Origin: an uncultured Gammaproteobacteria bacterium
GTDB lineage: Bacteria > Patescibacteriota > Patescibacteriia > 2-12-FULL-60-25
Assembly: GCA_964562155.1 (NCBI GenBank)
Contig: CAZLRU010000001.1
Span: 9,574 to 73,573 of the forward strand
Direction of reading: 5' to 3'
DNA: 64,000 nt
Both the position numbers and the translations under genes were made by a program. The stretch's first letter is position 1. Each line of letters opens with the position of its first letter. Below are positions 43,449 to 53,100 of the stretch, piece after piece. The notes below the pieces were generated by a model. It was not told the origin of the DNA. It saw only the letters and a list, made by a program, of their open reading frames with translations, and searched no databases.

Positions 43449-44096
43449 ATGTATATGAATCTTTCCAAACGTTTCTTTGTTGGTCTTGCTAGTCTTGGGC
43501 TCGCGGCTTCTGTGGCTGTTCCTGTGTTTGCGGCTACGCCAAGTGCGGGGACGAATTTTCAGGATCCACAACAGACCCTCATGCAAGCGCTTATCAAGCG
43601 ATTTAATTTAAATGAAACCGACCTCACGACGTTTTTCAATGAACAGCGGACTCAGCACGATGTCCAAGCAACGGCTCGCGTAACGGAACGGCTGACAGCG
43701 CAGGTTACGGCTGGGAAGTTGACGGAAGCACAGAAGACGGCGATTATGGCTAAAATAGCTGAAGCAAAAGCCAAGCATGAAGAGGCGCGTAAACTTACGC
43801 CAGAAGAATGTCGTAAGATGATGGACGCCTATCGTACGGAGCTTGAAGCGTGGGTAAAGGCGCAGGGTTTGGATCGATCGCATGTTCCTCTTATTATGGG
43901 GAATTCTGGTGGACCTCGTGGTGGCCATGGCATGATGGGTGGTCCGGGCGGCATGATGAAGGGTCAAAACCAAAATGGTACGAATGGTCAGATAGGGGTT
44001 GGTCGTAGAGGGGGTCGTGGCATGTTTGGTGGTCCAATGATGAATGGACAGAACGCGCAGGGCCAGCAGGGGATGGGGCAAAGCGGACAATTTTAG
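43449..44096 (+). CDS. Secreted protein with an LTXXQ (Spy/CpxP-like) motif and a Gly/Met-rich tail
   Basis: Signal peptide MYMNLSKRFFVGLASLGLAASVAVPVFA. An LTEAQ motif lies in a helical region. The C-terminus is GGPRGGHGMMGGPGGMMKGQ...GMFGGPMMNGQ. Confidence 0.6.
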   Translation: MYMNLSKRFFVGLASLGLAASVAVPVFAATPSAGTNFQDPQQTLMQALIKRFNLNETDLTTFFNEQRTQHDVQATARVTERLTAQVTAGKLTEAQKTAIMAKIAEAKAKHEEARKLTPEECRKMMDAYRTELEAWVKAQGLDRSHVPLIMGNSGGPRGGHGMMGGPGGMMKGQNQNGTNGQIGVGRRGGRGMFGGPMMNGQNAQGQQGMGQSGQF

Positions 44097-44110
44097 ATCG
44101 TTGCAAACTC

Positions 44111-44140
44111 AAAACTCCCCTCGGGGAGTTTTGGTTTTCC
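44111..44140 (+). terminator. Rho-independent terminator
   Basis: AAAACTCCCC-TCG-GGGAGTTTT followed by GGTTTTCC. Confidence 0.75.
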
Positions 44141-44172
44141 TGTTTTCTGTGTTTCTGTTATTTTTTCTTCAT

Positions 44173-44814
44173 ATGACCGATCTGAAAAATGTTGAGGTTG
44201 AATTACGGGCTGAGTTGGATGAGCAGGGACACACTCGGTTGCAGAAGTATTGTGAAGCTCATGGAACGCTCTTGCGCCGAGAGAATCGCTTTTTTGTGGA
44301 TTATTCCCCTTTTCTTGGAGGTACGTTTGAAGATCGCCGGGTCGATGTTCGTGCCAGAGTTACGAATGGTCAGGTGCAAATTGTGGTTAAGCACGGGGAG
44401 TTTGGTGGGGCGGCACGTGTCGAGGGGATTATGGAGGTGAGGGGATCGATCGGGTCTGCGCTTCAGGTTATGGCGATGTTGGGATATAAAAAAGGCATCG
44501 CTTGCGATCGAGGGATTGCGCGTTACATGCTTGATAATGGAATGGAGATTGCTGTTCAAGATGTCCGTGTGTATGGAAAAAAAGACGTCTTGTTTGGACG
44601 TTTTTGCGAGGCGGAACTTATGGCGGATCCAATGAGTGTACGGCAAGCTGAGGAACGGCTTCGTGGGTTCTTTCAGGAATTAGGGTTAGTCGTTTTTGAA
44701 AAGGCGGAGTGGTATGGGTATGTGCGTAGGATGAATGAAGAGGCGAATGGTGTGTTTGATTTGGATAAGAATGATATTTCTTTGGTTGAGGGGTTGGGAC
44801 AGGTGCCTATCTGA
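44173..44814 (+). CDS. CYTH-like domain protein (tentative)
   Basis: Start MTDLKNVEVELRAEL; EVELR resembles the N-terminal ExExK signature of CYTH/CyaB enzymes. The track ORF from 44044 overlaps the upstream gene and the terminator. Confidence 0.5.
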   Translation: MTDLKNVEVELRAELDEQGHTRLQKYCEAHGTLLRRENRFFVDYSPFLGGTFEDRRVDVRARVTNGQVQIVVKHGEFGGAARVEGIMEVRGSIGSALQVMAMLGYKKGIACDRGIARYMLDNGMEIAVQDVRVYGKKDVLFGRFCEAELMADPMSVRQAEERLRGFFQELGLVVFEKAEWYGYVRRMNEEANGVFDLDKNDISLVEGLGQVPI

Positions 44815-44822
44815 TGTTTTGC

Positions 44823-44860
44823 CAACAATAAAACGCCCTTATTAGGGCGTTTTATTGTTG
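44823..44860. terminator. Bidirectional terminator (17-bp perfect hairpin)
   Basis: CAACAATAAAACGCCCT-TATT-AGGGCGTTTTATTGTTG lies between the CYTH-like gene and tRNA-Gly. Confidence 0.75.
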
Positions 44861-44933
44861 GAGCGGGTGAGGGGAATCGAACCCCTGTCAACAGGTTGGA
44901 AACCTGTGGTAATAGCCATTATACGACACCCGC
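44859..44933 (-). tRNA. tRNA-Gly (anticodon UCC), CCA encoded
   Basis: Minus strand: GCGGGTG...ACAGG-TTTCCAA-CCTGT...AGGGG-TTCGATT-CCCCT-CACCCGC-T-CCA. Confidence 0.95.
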
Positions 44934-44979
44934 ACGTAACGAATCGCATCTTAGCGAGTCGCTCGTTTCTAGGCAAGGG

Positions 44980-46233
44980 CTAGGTCAGAATATCCGTTAC
45001 TTCTAGAATTGCCGTCTTCAGGTACCTGCCCTCCGGAAAGGCTAATCGTTCGGCGTGGTCGATGGGTTGGGTGATCCAATCGAGGAGGCGGACGTCGCGT
45101 CTCGCATGGCCGGCGGCGATGCGGAGCATGGTACGGAAGTCTTCGGGTTCCACGCGACCCGAGCAGGAGCTTGTGATGAGGATGCCGCCGGGTTGGAGTT
45201 GACGGAGGCAAGCGGCATTTAGTTCAGCATATGCCTTCATGGCCTGTGGGACGTGTTTTGCATTTTTTGCGAGGGCTGGTGGATCGCACACGATGATGTC
45301 GTAGGGTGCTCCTGGGAGCTCGTCTTCGTTTAACATGTCGAAGACATCTGCTTCCAAGAATAGGTATTTGGATTCATCTTGCGGGTTCAGGTTGTTGAGT
45401 TTGAATTGTTCTTCGGCGGTTTCGAGAGCGCGGTGGGAGACGTCGACGGTGGTGACGAAGCTTGCACCAGCTGTGGCCGCGTGAATGCTAAACGCGCCTG
45501 TATATCCAAATAAATTCAGAACACGTTTATCTTTGGCGAGTTCGTGGACGGTGTGACGGGCTTCACGTTGATCGAGGAAAAAGCCGGTTTTTTGGCCGTG
45601 GAGGACGTCAGCCGTGAAGTGTAGACCGTATTCTTGGAAGTGGGCGTGTCCGGTCCAAAGTGGGTTGCCTTGTTTGTCATTTCCTTTTGGGAACAGGTGA
45701 TCCATGACAGGTGCGTCTTTGAGTCCTTCAATCCTACGAACATCGAGGTCAGAGCGCTCGACGATGGCGGTAGGAGTGAACGCTTGCGTGATGCCGGCGA
45801 TGATTTCACTTCGTAAACGATCCATGCCGGCGGTGTGTAATTGAAAGACGATGGTTTGATCGTATTTGTCTACAATGAGACCTGGGAGGCCGTCGGCTTC
45901 GGCGTGTGCGATGCGATAGCCGTTTGTGTTGGTAGTGAGGCGGGCACGCTTCCATTCGTCCAGAGTTTTTAGGCGGTTAGCAAAAAACGTGGCGTCGACG
46001 AGCGTGTTTGCGTTTTTTGAAAGAAGCCGAACACGGATAGAGGTGTTGGCGTTCCAGGTCCCGATTCCGAGACTTTTTCCTCGGTTGTCGGTAATTTCTA
46101 CCAAGTCGCCCATTTCAAGATGGAGTGGGGTTTCGAAGGGGGTTTGGATCGCTTCGGAAAAAATCCAGGGGTGCCCCGCGCGGACGGGGATGTCTTTGCC
46201 GGGTTTGAGCCGGAGGGATGGGTAGGAGGGCAT
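44980..46233 (-). CDS. rlmI: Class I SAM-dependent rRNA (cytosine-C5) methyltransferase, RlmI-like (PUA + MTase)
   Basis: 417 aa. It has an N-terminal PUA-like region (LKPGKDIPVRAGHPWIF), SAM motif VLNLFGYTGAFS, and catalytic IVCDPPA. Confidence 0.85.
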   Translation of the reverse strand: MPSYPSLRLKPGKDIPVRAGHPWIFSEAIQTPFETPLHLEMGDLVEITDNRGKSLGIGTWNANTSIRVRLLSKNANTLVDATFFANRLKTLDEWKRARLTTNTNGYRIAHAEADGLPGLIVDKYDQTIVFQLHTAGMDRLRSEIIAGITQAFTPTAIVERSDLDVRRIEGLKDAPVMDHLFPKGNDKQGNPLWTGHAHFQEYGLHFTADVLHGQKTGFFLDQREARHTVHELAKDKRVLNLFGYTGAFSIHAATAGASFVTTVDVSHRALETAEEQFKLNNLNPQDESKYLFLEADVFDMLNEDELPGAPYDIIVCDPPALAKNAKHVPQAMKAYAELNAACLRQLQPGGILITSSCSGRVEPEDFRTMLRIAAGHARRDVRLLDWITQPIDHAERLAFPEGRYLKTAILEVTDILT

Positions 46234-46315
46234 GGACAGTACGGTATAGGAACCGGATCACTTCTACAATGAGACCCTTGTCAGGGTGTGCAACGGCGTA
46301 CTAAGGTGAATTCAT

Positions 46316-47533
46316 ATGTTAGACATCTTATCTAGCTGGTCATATGTGCGAGGAGCGGTGGGGTCGTTGGTGGTTTTTTTGGCTTTACCTAGTGCTATTT
46401 TGGCCGCAGATACGTCTTTGACGTTGCCTGTGGGCCGAGTTGGCATGCCTTATACGGGGACGGTCTTTGCCCAAATCGGGCAGGCTGAGCCCTATATTTG
46501 GCAAGTTTCAACAACAACCGTGGATGATGTTTTGCCTCCGGGGATCACGGCCTTTTTGTCTGAGAATCGTCATCTTGGGTTTCGTGGGACTCCTACGCAG
46601 GCTGGGACATATCAATTTACCGCGGCTCCTTTTTCTGCTTCGGGCACGGCCATGTATGATGTGCTTGTGACCTGGGAGATTCAGCCCGTAAGTGACGTGC
46701 CTTTGATCGTGACGGGTCCTGGTGCGCGAACAGGTGTTGTTGGCACGCCGTTTAGTCCTGAGCCTATTTTGAGGGTTGTTGGAGGCTCGGCTCCGTATCG
46801 TTGGCGGATGGTTCAGGGGGGATTGCCGGCGGGATTGCGTTTTACGGCTGACGGATCTATTGAAGGGGTTCCAACGGTCGCTGGCCAATACCTCTTTCAG
46901 GCTGAATTAAATGATGTGCGCGACATGCGTTCAACGACTTCCGTGCTTGTCTCTATTGCCGACGCTCCTGCTCATGAGCTCGGACAAACTACTGGAGATA
47001 TAGCGCGGGTTGTATCGGTGCCGTTTATTCCTCCATCTTCTTTGTCTCTCTCGGACCGTCAGTCTGTTTTGAGAGGATTGCAGCTGATTGCTAATACCGT
47101 GGTTCAGACGGCTGAGCTTGATCCCCTTATGCAGCGTCCAACGCGCTATTATCTTGGTACGGATGCGCGTCGTCACCCCTTCCAGAATGATCAGGTTTAT
47201 CAAAGTTGGTACGATGCGCTGATCTCGCCACGGGTCTTATCGCGCAGTGAGATGATGTCCATTCCGTTTGGGGACGCAGTGACCTATCGTCCGGGGGAGC
47301 GAGTACGATTTGAAACAGACACACAGACGTACGTGGTGAGTGAACCGAGATCGCTTCGCACCCTTCCTCAGGATCAATCGGGTTTATCTTGGACCTGGCA
47401 ACGTGGGGTGGAGGAGTTGGATGGAACGGTGCGGGGTGCGTATCGGACCATGTCTGAGCCGGTTACGTCTGCGAATTACGACCCAGCGGTGACACGAACC
47501 CAGTATTCCGTTCCAAATAGTGTCCTAAGGTAA
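46316..47533 (+). CDS. Secreted protein with putative Ig-like (He_PIG-type) domains
   Basis: It has a signal peptide plus repeats of the type LPxGxxGxPY...GLPAGLRFTADGSIEGVPTVAGQYLF. The C-terminal ~190 aa are unassigned. Confidence 0.7.
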   Translation: MLDILSSWSYVRGAVGSLVVFLALPSAILAADTSLTLPVGRVGMPYTGTVFAQIGQAEPYIWQVSTTTVDDVLPPGITAFLSENRHLGFRGTPTQAGTYQFTAAPFSASGTAMYDVLVTWEIQPVSDVPLIVTGPGARTGVVGTPFSPEPILRVVGGSAPYRWRMVQGGLPAGLRFTADGSIEGVPTVAGQYLFQAELNDVRDMRSTTSVLVSIADAPAHELGQTTGDIARVVSVPFIPPSSLSLSDRQSVLRGLQLIANTVVQTAELDPLMQRPTRYYLGTDARRHPFQNDQVYQSWYDALISPRVLSRSEMMSIPFGDAVTYRPGERVRFETDTQTYVVSEPRSLRTLPQDQSGLSWTWQRGVEELDGTVRGAYRTMSEPVTSANYDPAVTRTQYSVPNSVLR

Positions 47534-47544
47534 TGAGGGACAAA

Positions 47545-47576
47545 CAAAAAAACCGCCTATATCAGGTGGTTTTTTG
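47545..47576 (+). terminator. Rho-independent terminator
   Basis: AACCGCC-TATATCA-GGTGGTT followed by TTTT. Confidence 0.65.
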
Positions 47577-47587
47577 ATCAACAAATC

Positions 47588-47617
47588 AAAAAACACCGTT
47601 TTTACGGTGTTTTTTTG
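47588..47617. terminator. Second (bidirectional) terminator
   Basis: AAAAAACACCG-TTTTTA-CGGTGTTTTTTT. Confidence 0.7.
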
Positions 47618-47643
47618 TGGTTGAGTCTATATATCCTTCAGAG

Positions 47644-47717
47644 TCGGGGCGACAGGACTTGAACCTGCGGCCTCCTGGTCCCAAACCAGGCGCTCTAGCC
47701 AACTGAGCTACACCCCG
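47644..47717 (-). tRNA. tRNA-Pro (anticodon UGG), CCA not encoded
   Basis: Minus strand: CGGGGTG-TA-GCTC-AGTTGGCTA-GAGC-G-CCTGG-TTTGGGA-CCAGG...GCAGG-TTCAAGT-CCTGT-CGCCCCG-A. Confidence 0.95.
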
Positions 47718-47783
47718 ACTCTACAGGCTATATTTCTTGGGTGTCGGTATCCTAGCGGAAAACGTATAAAAAGCCAAGAGGGC

Positions 47784-47816
47784 GAATAAAGAAACACTGG
47801 AGTGTGTCCAGTGTTT
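47784..47816 (-). terminator. Terminator of the AstE/AspA-like gene
   Basis: The minus strand reads AAACACUGGA-CACAC-UCCAGUGUUU followed by CUUUAUU. Confidence 0.55.
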
Positions 47817-47830
47817 AAGAAAGAAGAGAT

Positions 47831-48781
47831 TTATTTGCTCTGTTCTGCTCGTTGGGCCAGATATACGACGGGTTCTCCTGTGCGCCAAAGTTCGGCGACC
47901 TTGGGGAAGACGAGGACCCCGTCTTCGCTTGCGACTTCCGGTTGATCGGCGTGATAGCCGATGATCTGTCCGGCCTGGACGGGTTGAAGATTGTGCGTGC
48001 CCATGCCATCGGCGAAGCGAAATCCGCAGGAGCTCAGCCGTACGGCGTTCATCAGCGTGTAAGTCTTGAGCGCATGCCGTTTCGTCTCGAGCTCTCCCGC
48101 CGTTCTGTACGTTCGGTGTTTGATCGCTCGTTGCATTGGCGTTCCTTCGATCCAGCCAGCGAGATAATTGAGGACTTCGTGATAGACCTGTTGTACGCGA
48201 CTGGTATCGTCGGCCTGACCCGTTTCGTAGCAGATGCCGGTGCCACGACCGCTGTGCAGGTACTCGTCGAGGGTACACGGTTCTCCTGCGAACACGCGGT
48301 TTGGATCTGTCAGGAGAATGTTGGGATGAAAGTCCGCCAGGTTTGCACTGCTCCTGGACGACATGAACAGGAACGGTTTAGACGGCTTGAGGGTGGCATG
48401 CAGGTCGAGGCCGACGTCGGTGTGACGCAGGGCCTCTGCCAGTTCACGGGCTCGTTTCTGTTCGTACAGCCATCCCCATCCATTGAGCACCTTTTTAGTG
48501 AAGCAGCGATTGAGATCGACGCCTTCGTAAGAGAATCGTGCGCTCTGTCGTGCGGCGAGCGGGTTGCCGATGGCGAGGGTGAGTACTCCGCGACGCATCT
48601 TGAGTCGACCTGCCTTGAAGGCGCGCAGCAGGCGTTTTACGACGTGGATACCCGTCTTCTCGTTGCCGTGGACTCCGCCCACGATCGTGAAATGCAGGCC
48701 GGGGTAGAGATTCTCTCCATGGATCGACCAGATAGCATCCGCAACCTTGGTGATGTGTGTCTTGTTGTTCATGATGTCCAC
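47831..48781 (-). CDS. Succinylglutamate desuccinylase/aspartoacylase (AstE/AspA, M14-like zinc hydrolase) family protein with foreign codon usage
   Basis: 316 aa. The zinc motif is TIVGGVHGNEKTG. It has a strong C-ending codon bias, and hand-counted lines give ~58-60% GC. A 346-aa antisense ORF is an artefact of this composition. Confidence 0.8.
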   Translation of the reverse strand: MDIMNNKTHITKVADAIWSIHGENLYPGLHFTIVGGVHGNEKTGIHVVKRLLRAFKAGRLKMRRGVLTLAIGNPLAARQSARFSYEGVDLNRCFTKKVLNGWGWLYEQKRARELAEALRHTDVGLDLHATLKPSKPFLFMSSRSSANLADFHPNILLTDPNRVFAGEPCTLDEYLHSGRGTGICYETGQADDTSRVQQVYHEVLNYLAGWIEGTPMQRAIKHRTYRTAGELETKRHALKTYTLMNAVRLSSCGFRFADGMGTHNLQPVQAGQIIGYHADQPEVASEDGVLVFPKVAELWRTGEPVVYLAQRAEQSK

Positions 48782-48801
48782 TTGCGTATTTTAGGTATAC
48801 G

Positions 48802-48832
48802 AAAACCCCTTCTCGATGTGAGAAGGGGTTTT
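48802..48832. other. Strong 13-bp hairpin in the 5' flank of the AstE/AspA-like gene (terminator-like)
   Basis: AAAACCCCTTCTC-GATGT-GAGAAGGGGTTTT, 21 nt upstream of the ATG at 48781. Confidence 0.5.
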
Positions 48833-49032
48833 GCTGAAATCAGACGCACGGGGCGTACTTCAATCCAACCCATTCTCACCGAGAAGGGCTAGTACGACGT
48901 GTCATGAATATGTGTGGGTAACCTTTGTGCATAGATTTAAGCTAAGATGAATCGACTAAACTGTCAAATACATTCCCTTTTTATGGTCTGTTTGACGATT
49001 CTTGATTCCCGTTTCACGATACGGGGTAGATT

Positions 49033-50160
49033 ATGCATATCGCGCTTGATGCTCGCATGATGGGGGCGGGGAACACTCGGGGGATTGGGCGTTATATTGA
49101 AGAAACGGTTCGTGCGGTGTTGGAAGTGGATGATGAGGTGCGTTATACGCTTGTGGTTCGGGATTTGGTTGGAACGCCGTTTGCCGGACATCCACGGGTG
49201 GATCATGTGGTGGCGGATATTCCTTGGTATTCTTTTAGGGAACAATGGAAGATGGGGTCGATCTTAGAGGGGATTGGTGCCGATCTGATTCATATTCCTC
49301 ATTGGAATGTATCGCTTCGTTTACGCAAGCCGTTCGTGGCCACGATCCACGATGTTTTACTCTTGCGACAAGCAGCAAGCGCGAAAAATTCGACGAAGCA
49401 TTTTTTTATTCGTTGGATGAAGTATTCAGGGTTTAGATTCGTGATTGATCGAGCGATGAATCGTGCTTGTCACCTCTTTACCCCAACGAAATTTGTTGCG
49501 GATGAAATGCGTGCTCTGACGCAGGTACCTGCTGCCAAGACGAGCGTCACGGGAGAGGGTGTTACGTTGTTTTCTCGAATTGATTCAGGTCTGTGTTCAT
49601 CGTCGCCTTATCTTTTGTATGTTGGAAGCGCGTATCCGCATAAGCGGCTTGATCTTCTTGTTTCCGCTTGGGAAAAGGTGTCGAGTACGTATCCGACGCA
49701 TGAGCTTTTAATTGCTGGAGAGAGGGATGTGTTTATGAAAAGGATCGAGGATCAGGTAGCGGATTTTGAGAATAAGAAGTGCGGGGATCGAGTGAAATTT
49801 TTAGGGAGAGTGACGGACGCGCAGCTTGCTGGGTTGTATCAGGGCGCTTCGTTGTTTGTATTTCCTTCTTCGTATGAGGGATTTGGACTGCCTCCGCTTG
49901 AAGCGTTGTCGCTTGGATGTCCTGTGATTGCCAGCGATATTCCTTGTTTACGAGAAGTGTTGCCCCAGGATGGCGTGGCGTGGTTTCGAGATGGAGACGA
50001 GCATGATATAATACGTGTACTCGAACAGAGTCTCGGCGATCTTTCTTCGCAGAAGCAAGGTGCTCTTCGTGGACAGGATTCGGTGCTCACTCAGTATGCA
50101 TGGCGACAGAGTGCTAAGCGTCTTGTAGAAGGGTATCGTCAGACGATCGAGAGAGGGTAA
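49033..50160 (+). CDS. Family 4 (GT-B fold) glycosyltransferase
   Basis: 375 aa. The C-terminal EGFGLPPLEALSLGCPVIASD motif is typical of GT4/GT1 enzymes. Confidence 0.9.
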   Translation: MHIALDARMMGAGNTRGIGRYIEETVRAVLEVDDEVRYTLVVRDLVGTPFAGHPRVDHVVADIPWYSFREQWKMGSILEGIGADLIHIPHWNVSLRLRKPFVATIHDVLLLRQAASAKNSTKHFFIRWMKYSGFRFVIDRAMNRACHLFTPTKFVADEMRALTQVPAAKTSVTGEGVTLFSRIDSGLCSSSPYLLYVGSAYPHKRLDLLVSAWEKVSSTYPTHELLIAGERDVFMKRIEDQVADFENKKCGDRVKFLGRVTDAQLAGLYQGASLFVFPSSYEGFGLPPLEALSLGCPVIASDIPCLREVLPQDGVAWFRDGDEHDIIRVLEQSLGDLSSQKQGALRGQDSVLTQYAWRQSAKRLVEGYRQTIERG

Positions 50161-53100
50161 TGGCACGCATTTCTCATGTAGGAGGGTCTCGACGCTTGTC
50201 GAGACAGGCACGTTCTTTGCAGGAAGAACGATCTTTTCAGTTGGAAACACAATTATTTCAAGTCATTGAACGGGATGGAGTGCGTATTTCTACGCCCTTG
50301 TTACAAGAGGCGGACATGTCTCAGCGCGCGAAGCGGGGTATTCGTCGGCGTGCTCGAGCGAAGGTGTCTCAAGAAGCTCGACTCGAAACAAAATTGATCA
50401 CGGATCTTTCCTCGGGTTCTCCTGTTCATCCGATCACTGTTCTTGATCAGGTGTTGCTCGCTTCTATTCAAGCGCAACGGGCCGTGACGTCGCAGACGAG
50501 ATCTGTTGATTCTCCCGCTCGTTTATCATCCGCAGCCGTTCCTGTTCGTTTTTCCGAGCATGCTCCAAGCGATCATGTGCTAGCCTTTCATGTTCCGGCA
50601 CGACCCATGATTCAAGTAGCGCGAGACCCATTTGGTCAGACGGTTGGGGAGTGGGTTGCTCCGTATCAGATCCCGCCTTCTGTCGAGGGGATGGTTGCTG
50701 CGACCCAGGACCTGTGGATTGAGGAAGTTGATCCTCGCCTCTTTCTTGAGCAGTTTACTCCCGGAGAAGCTCAAGTGGCGTATGCTCAGCGCTATCATCT
50801 TTTGTCTAAGTTGATTGCGCCCTTTATTAAATGGGAAGTGGTGGAGGAGTCTGCGTCGAATTCGTCGACTCAAGTGGATGATCGAGTTTCTCTCCTTGAG
50901 GCGGAGTCGATGCCTGCTGAGGTTGAAGAGCGAGGTGTTGTGCCGCAGCCCTTTGTTGCTGTATCTGTCATTCCTGAATCGGAGGCCCTTCCCTTGGAGG
51001 ATGCGGCTCATAATTTTCGTTTAGTCGAGGAACAGTTTACTCCTGTTGATGCTGATGATGCGTACCGGGGTTCTTATGGACTTTTAGCTCGGCTTAAACG
51101 ACAAGGCGCGCGTCTTCTCGCTCTTTTTGATCGGACCGCGAAAGATGTTGAGCATCAAGTGGTAGAGCGTGTGGAAGTGGTTGAAGAGGAAGTAGAGGAA
51201 GTGGTTCAAGAGGTTCGTGAGACGTGGAGCGTGCCTGTTTTGGTTCCGCGTTTACACACGATTCGCGTCATGGTTGGTTTTATTGCACTATTGTTGATCG
51301 TTTCAATTCCTGCGGGAGCTGTTTCCTTGTCTCGTTCGTTTGGCTCTTCGGTGCATGACGCGAAGGCGCAAAGCGCTGCGGCGCTGACGGATGTGCAGAA
51401 CGCCTTACAGGGGTCTGGAGCGGACCAACTGCAGGCCTGGGCTCAGGCTTCGGAGCGTTTTGGTCGGGCTCAGGAATCTTTGCTTCGTGCAAACGCGTTG
51501 GCTTTGGGCTTGGCTCGTGCCCTGCCTCAGACTCGGGCTCAGTATGATAGTGTTCAGGCTTTACTCGTGGCGGGAGAGCGTACCTCTCAGGCCGCCAAGT
51601 TATTGGTTGGGGGCTTGTCGCGGGCGTTAGATGATAAAAATCGTTTGCGAACGGATGAGCGTATTGGGATTTTTCTGACGTACGTTGATTATGCCTCACC
51701 TCTTATGGAAGAGGCTGTGCAAGCCTTGGACACGGTTCAGCCTGATTCTTTGCCGCTTGAGCTTCGTGCACGTGTGACAGAGCTTCGTTCGATGGTGGGT
51801 CATGGACAAGCATCCTTTCAGGATGCCAAGACCCTTCTTGAGTTTTTGCAGGCCGCTCTTGGTCATGAGGCATCTCGAACCTATCTATTTGTTTTTCAAA
51901 ATCACGCCGAGCTTCGTCCGACTGGAGGGTTTATGGGGTCAATCGCTGAGGTTACGTTTGATCGAGGGGATATTCATGAGATTCGTGTTCCTGGCGGTGG
52001 TCCGTATGATTTACGTAATCAATTGCGTCGTCGGGTTGCTCCGCCTGGACCGTTGCAATTGGTTGGGGGTCGGTGGGAGTTTCAGGACGCGAATTGGTTT
52101 CCTGATTTTCCTGCCAGCGCTGATAAGATCCGATGGTTTTGGAGTCAGGCTGGTCAGCCTACGTTGGATGGGGTGATTGCGATTAATGATCGTTTGCTTG
52201 AACAGTTATTGCGTGTAACCGGGCCTATTGAAATGCCTGAATACGGAAAAACGTTGACGGCGGATAACGTTATTTTTGAGTTACAGAAGTCGGTGGAGTT
52301 GGAATATGATAAAGCGGAAAATAAACCTAAAAAAATTATTGGTGACTTGATGCCGAAGTTGCTTGCTCGTCTCAAAGGCGGATCTCGTGAGGACTGGTTA
52401 GCCTTAGCTGAACTGGGATTACAGGCTCTTGAAACCAAAGATGTGCAGGTTTGGATGACACGACCAGAAGAAGAGCAATTGGTGGAACGATACGATTGGA
52501 ATGGTCGCCTTAAGCCCACGCTGGGAGATGCGCTTGCCATTATTGAGGCAAATATTGCGGGACAGAAAACAGACGCGTCTATTCGTGAACAGGTGGATCA
52601 TCAGGTTGAGATTGCAGAAGATGGTTCGATCACCGATACAGTAACACTGACTCGTACCCACGACGCTATTAAGGGAGAGCTGTTTAAAGGAGCGAACAAC
52701 GTTTCCTATCTTCGTGTGTATGTTCCGCTTGGATCTCGGTTGTTGGAGGCGGATGGTTTTGAAGCTCCTTCCTCGAGTCTATTCGAAATTCCTTTGGCGG
52801 AAGATTTGCCAGATTCGGATGTTGCTCGCTTGGTGAAGGATGTGGAGAGTCCAATTGCCTCGGTAGCGGTTACTCATGAATTTGGGAGGACTGCTTTTGG
52901 TGGCTGGGTGCAGTTACGTCCGGGGGAAACTCGCGTCACGCGTTTTCGCTACGTTCTTCCGTTTACGGCTTTTGATTTGGCTGAGCGCACCGGTGAGGGT
53001 CAGCGGACGGATGGGGGCGCTCTTACGCGAGCGGCCTATCTTCTTCTTCTTACTAGTCAATCCGGAGCTTCTCGACGTACTATTCATACCCATGTTCAGC

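Noticed and set aside
47644-47830. Classical tRNA-targeted integration (att repeat of the tRNA-Pro 3' end) for the GC-rich islet
   Set aside because: The islet lies on the 5' side of the tRNA, not the 3' side. I saw no duplicated tRNA fragment and no integrase. Only the compositional argument is retained.
47852-48892. 346-aa plus-strand ORF
   Set aside because: It is antisense to the AstE/AspA-like gene, which has the HGNE zinc motif and coherent codon bias. Long shadow ORFs are expected in GC-rich coding DNA, and this one has no recognisable motifs.
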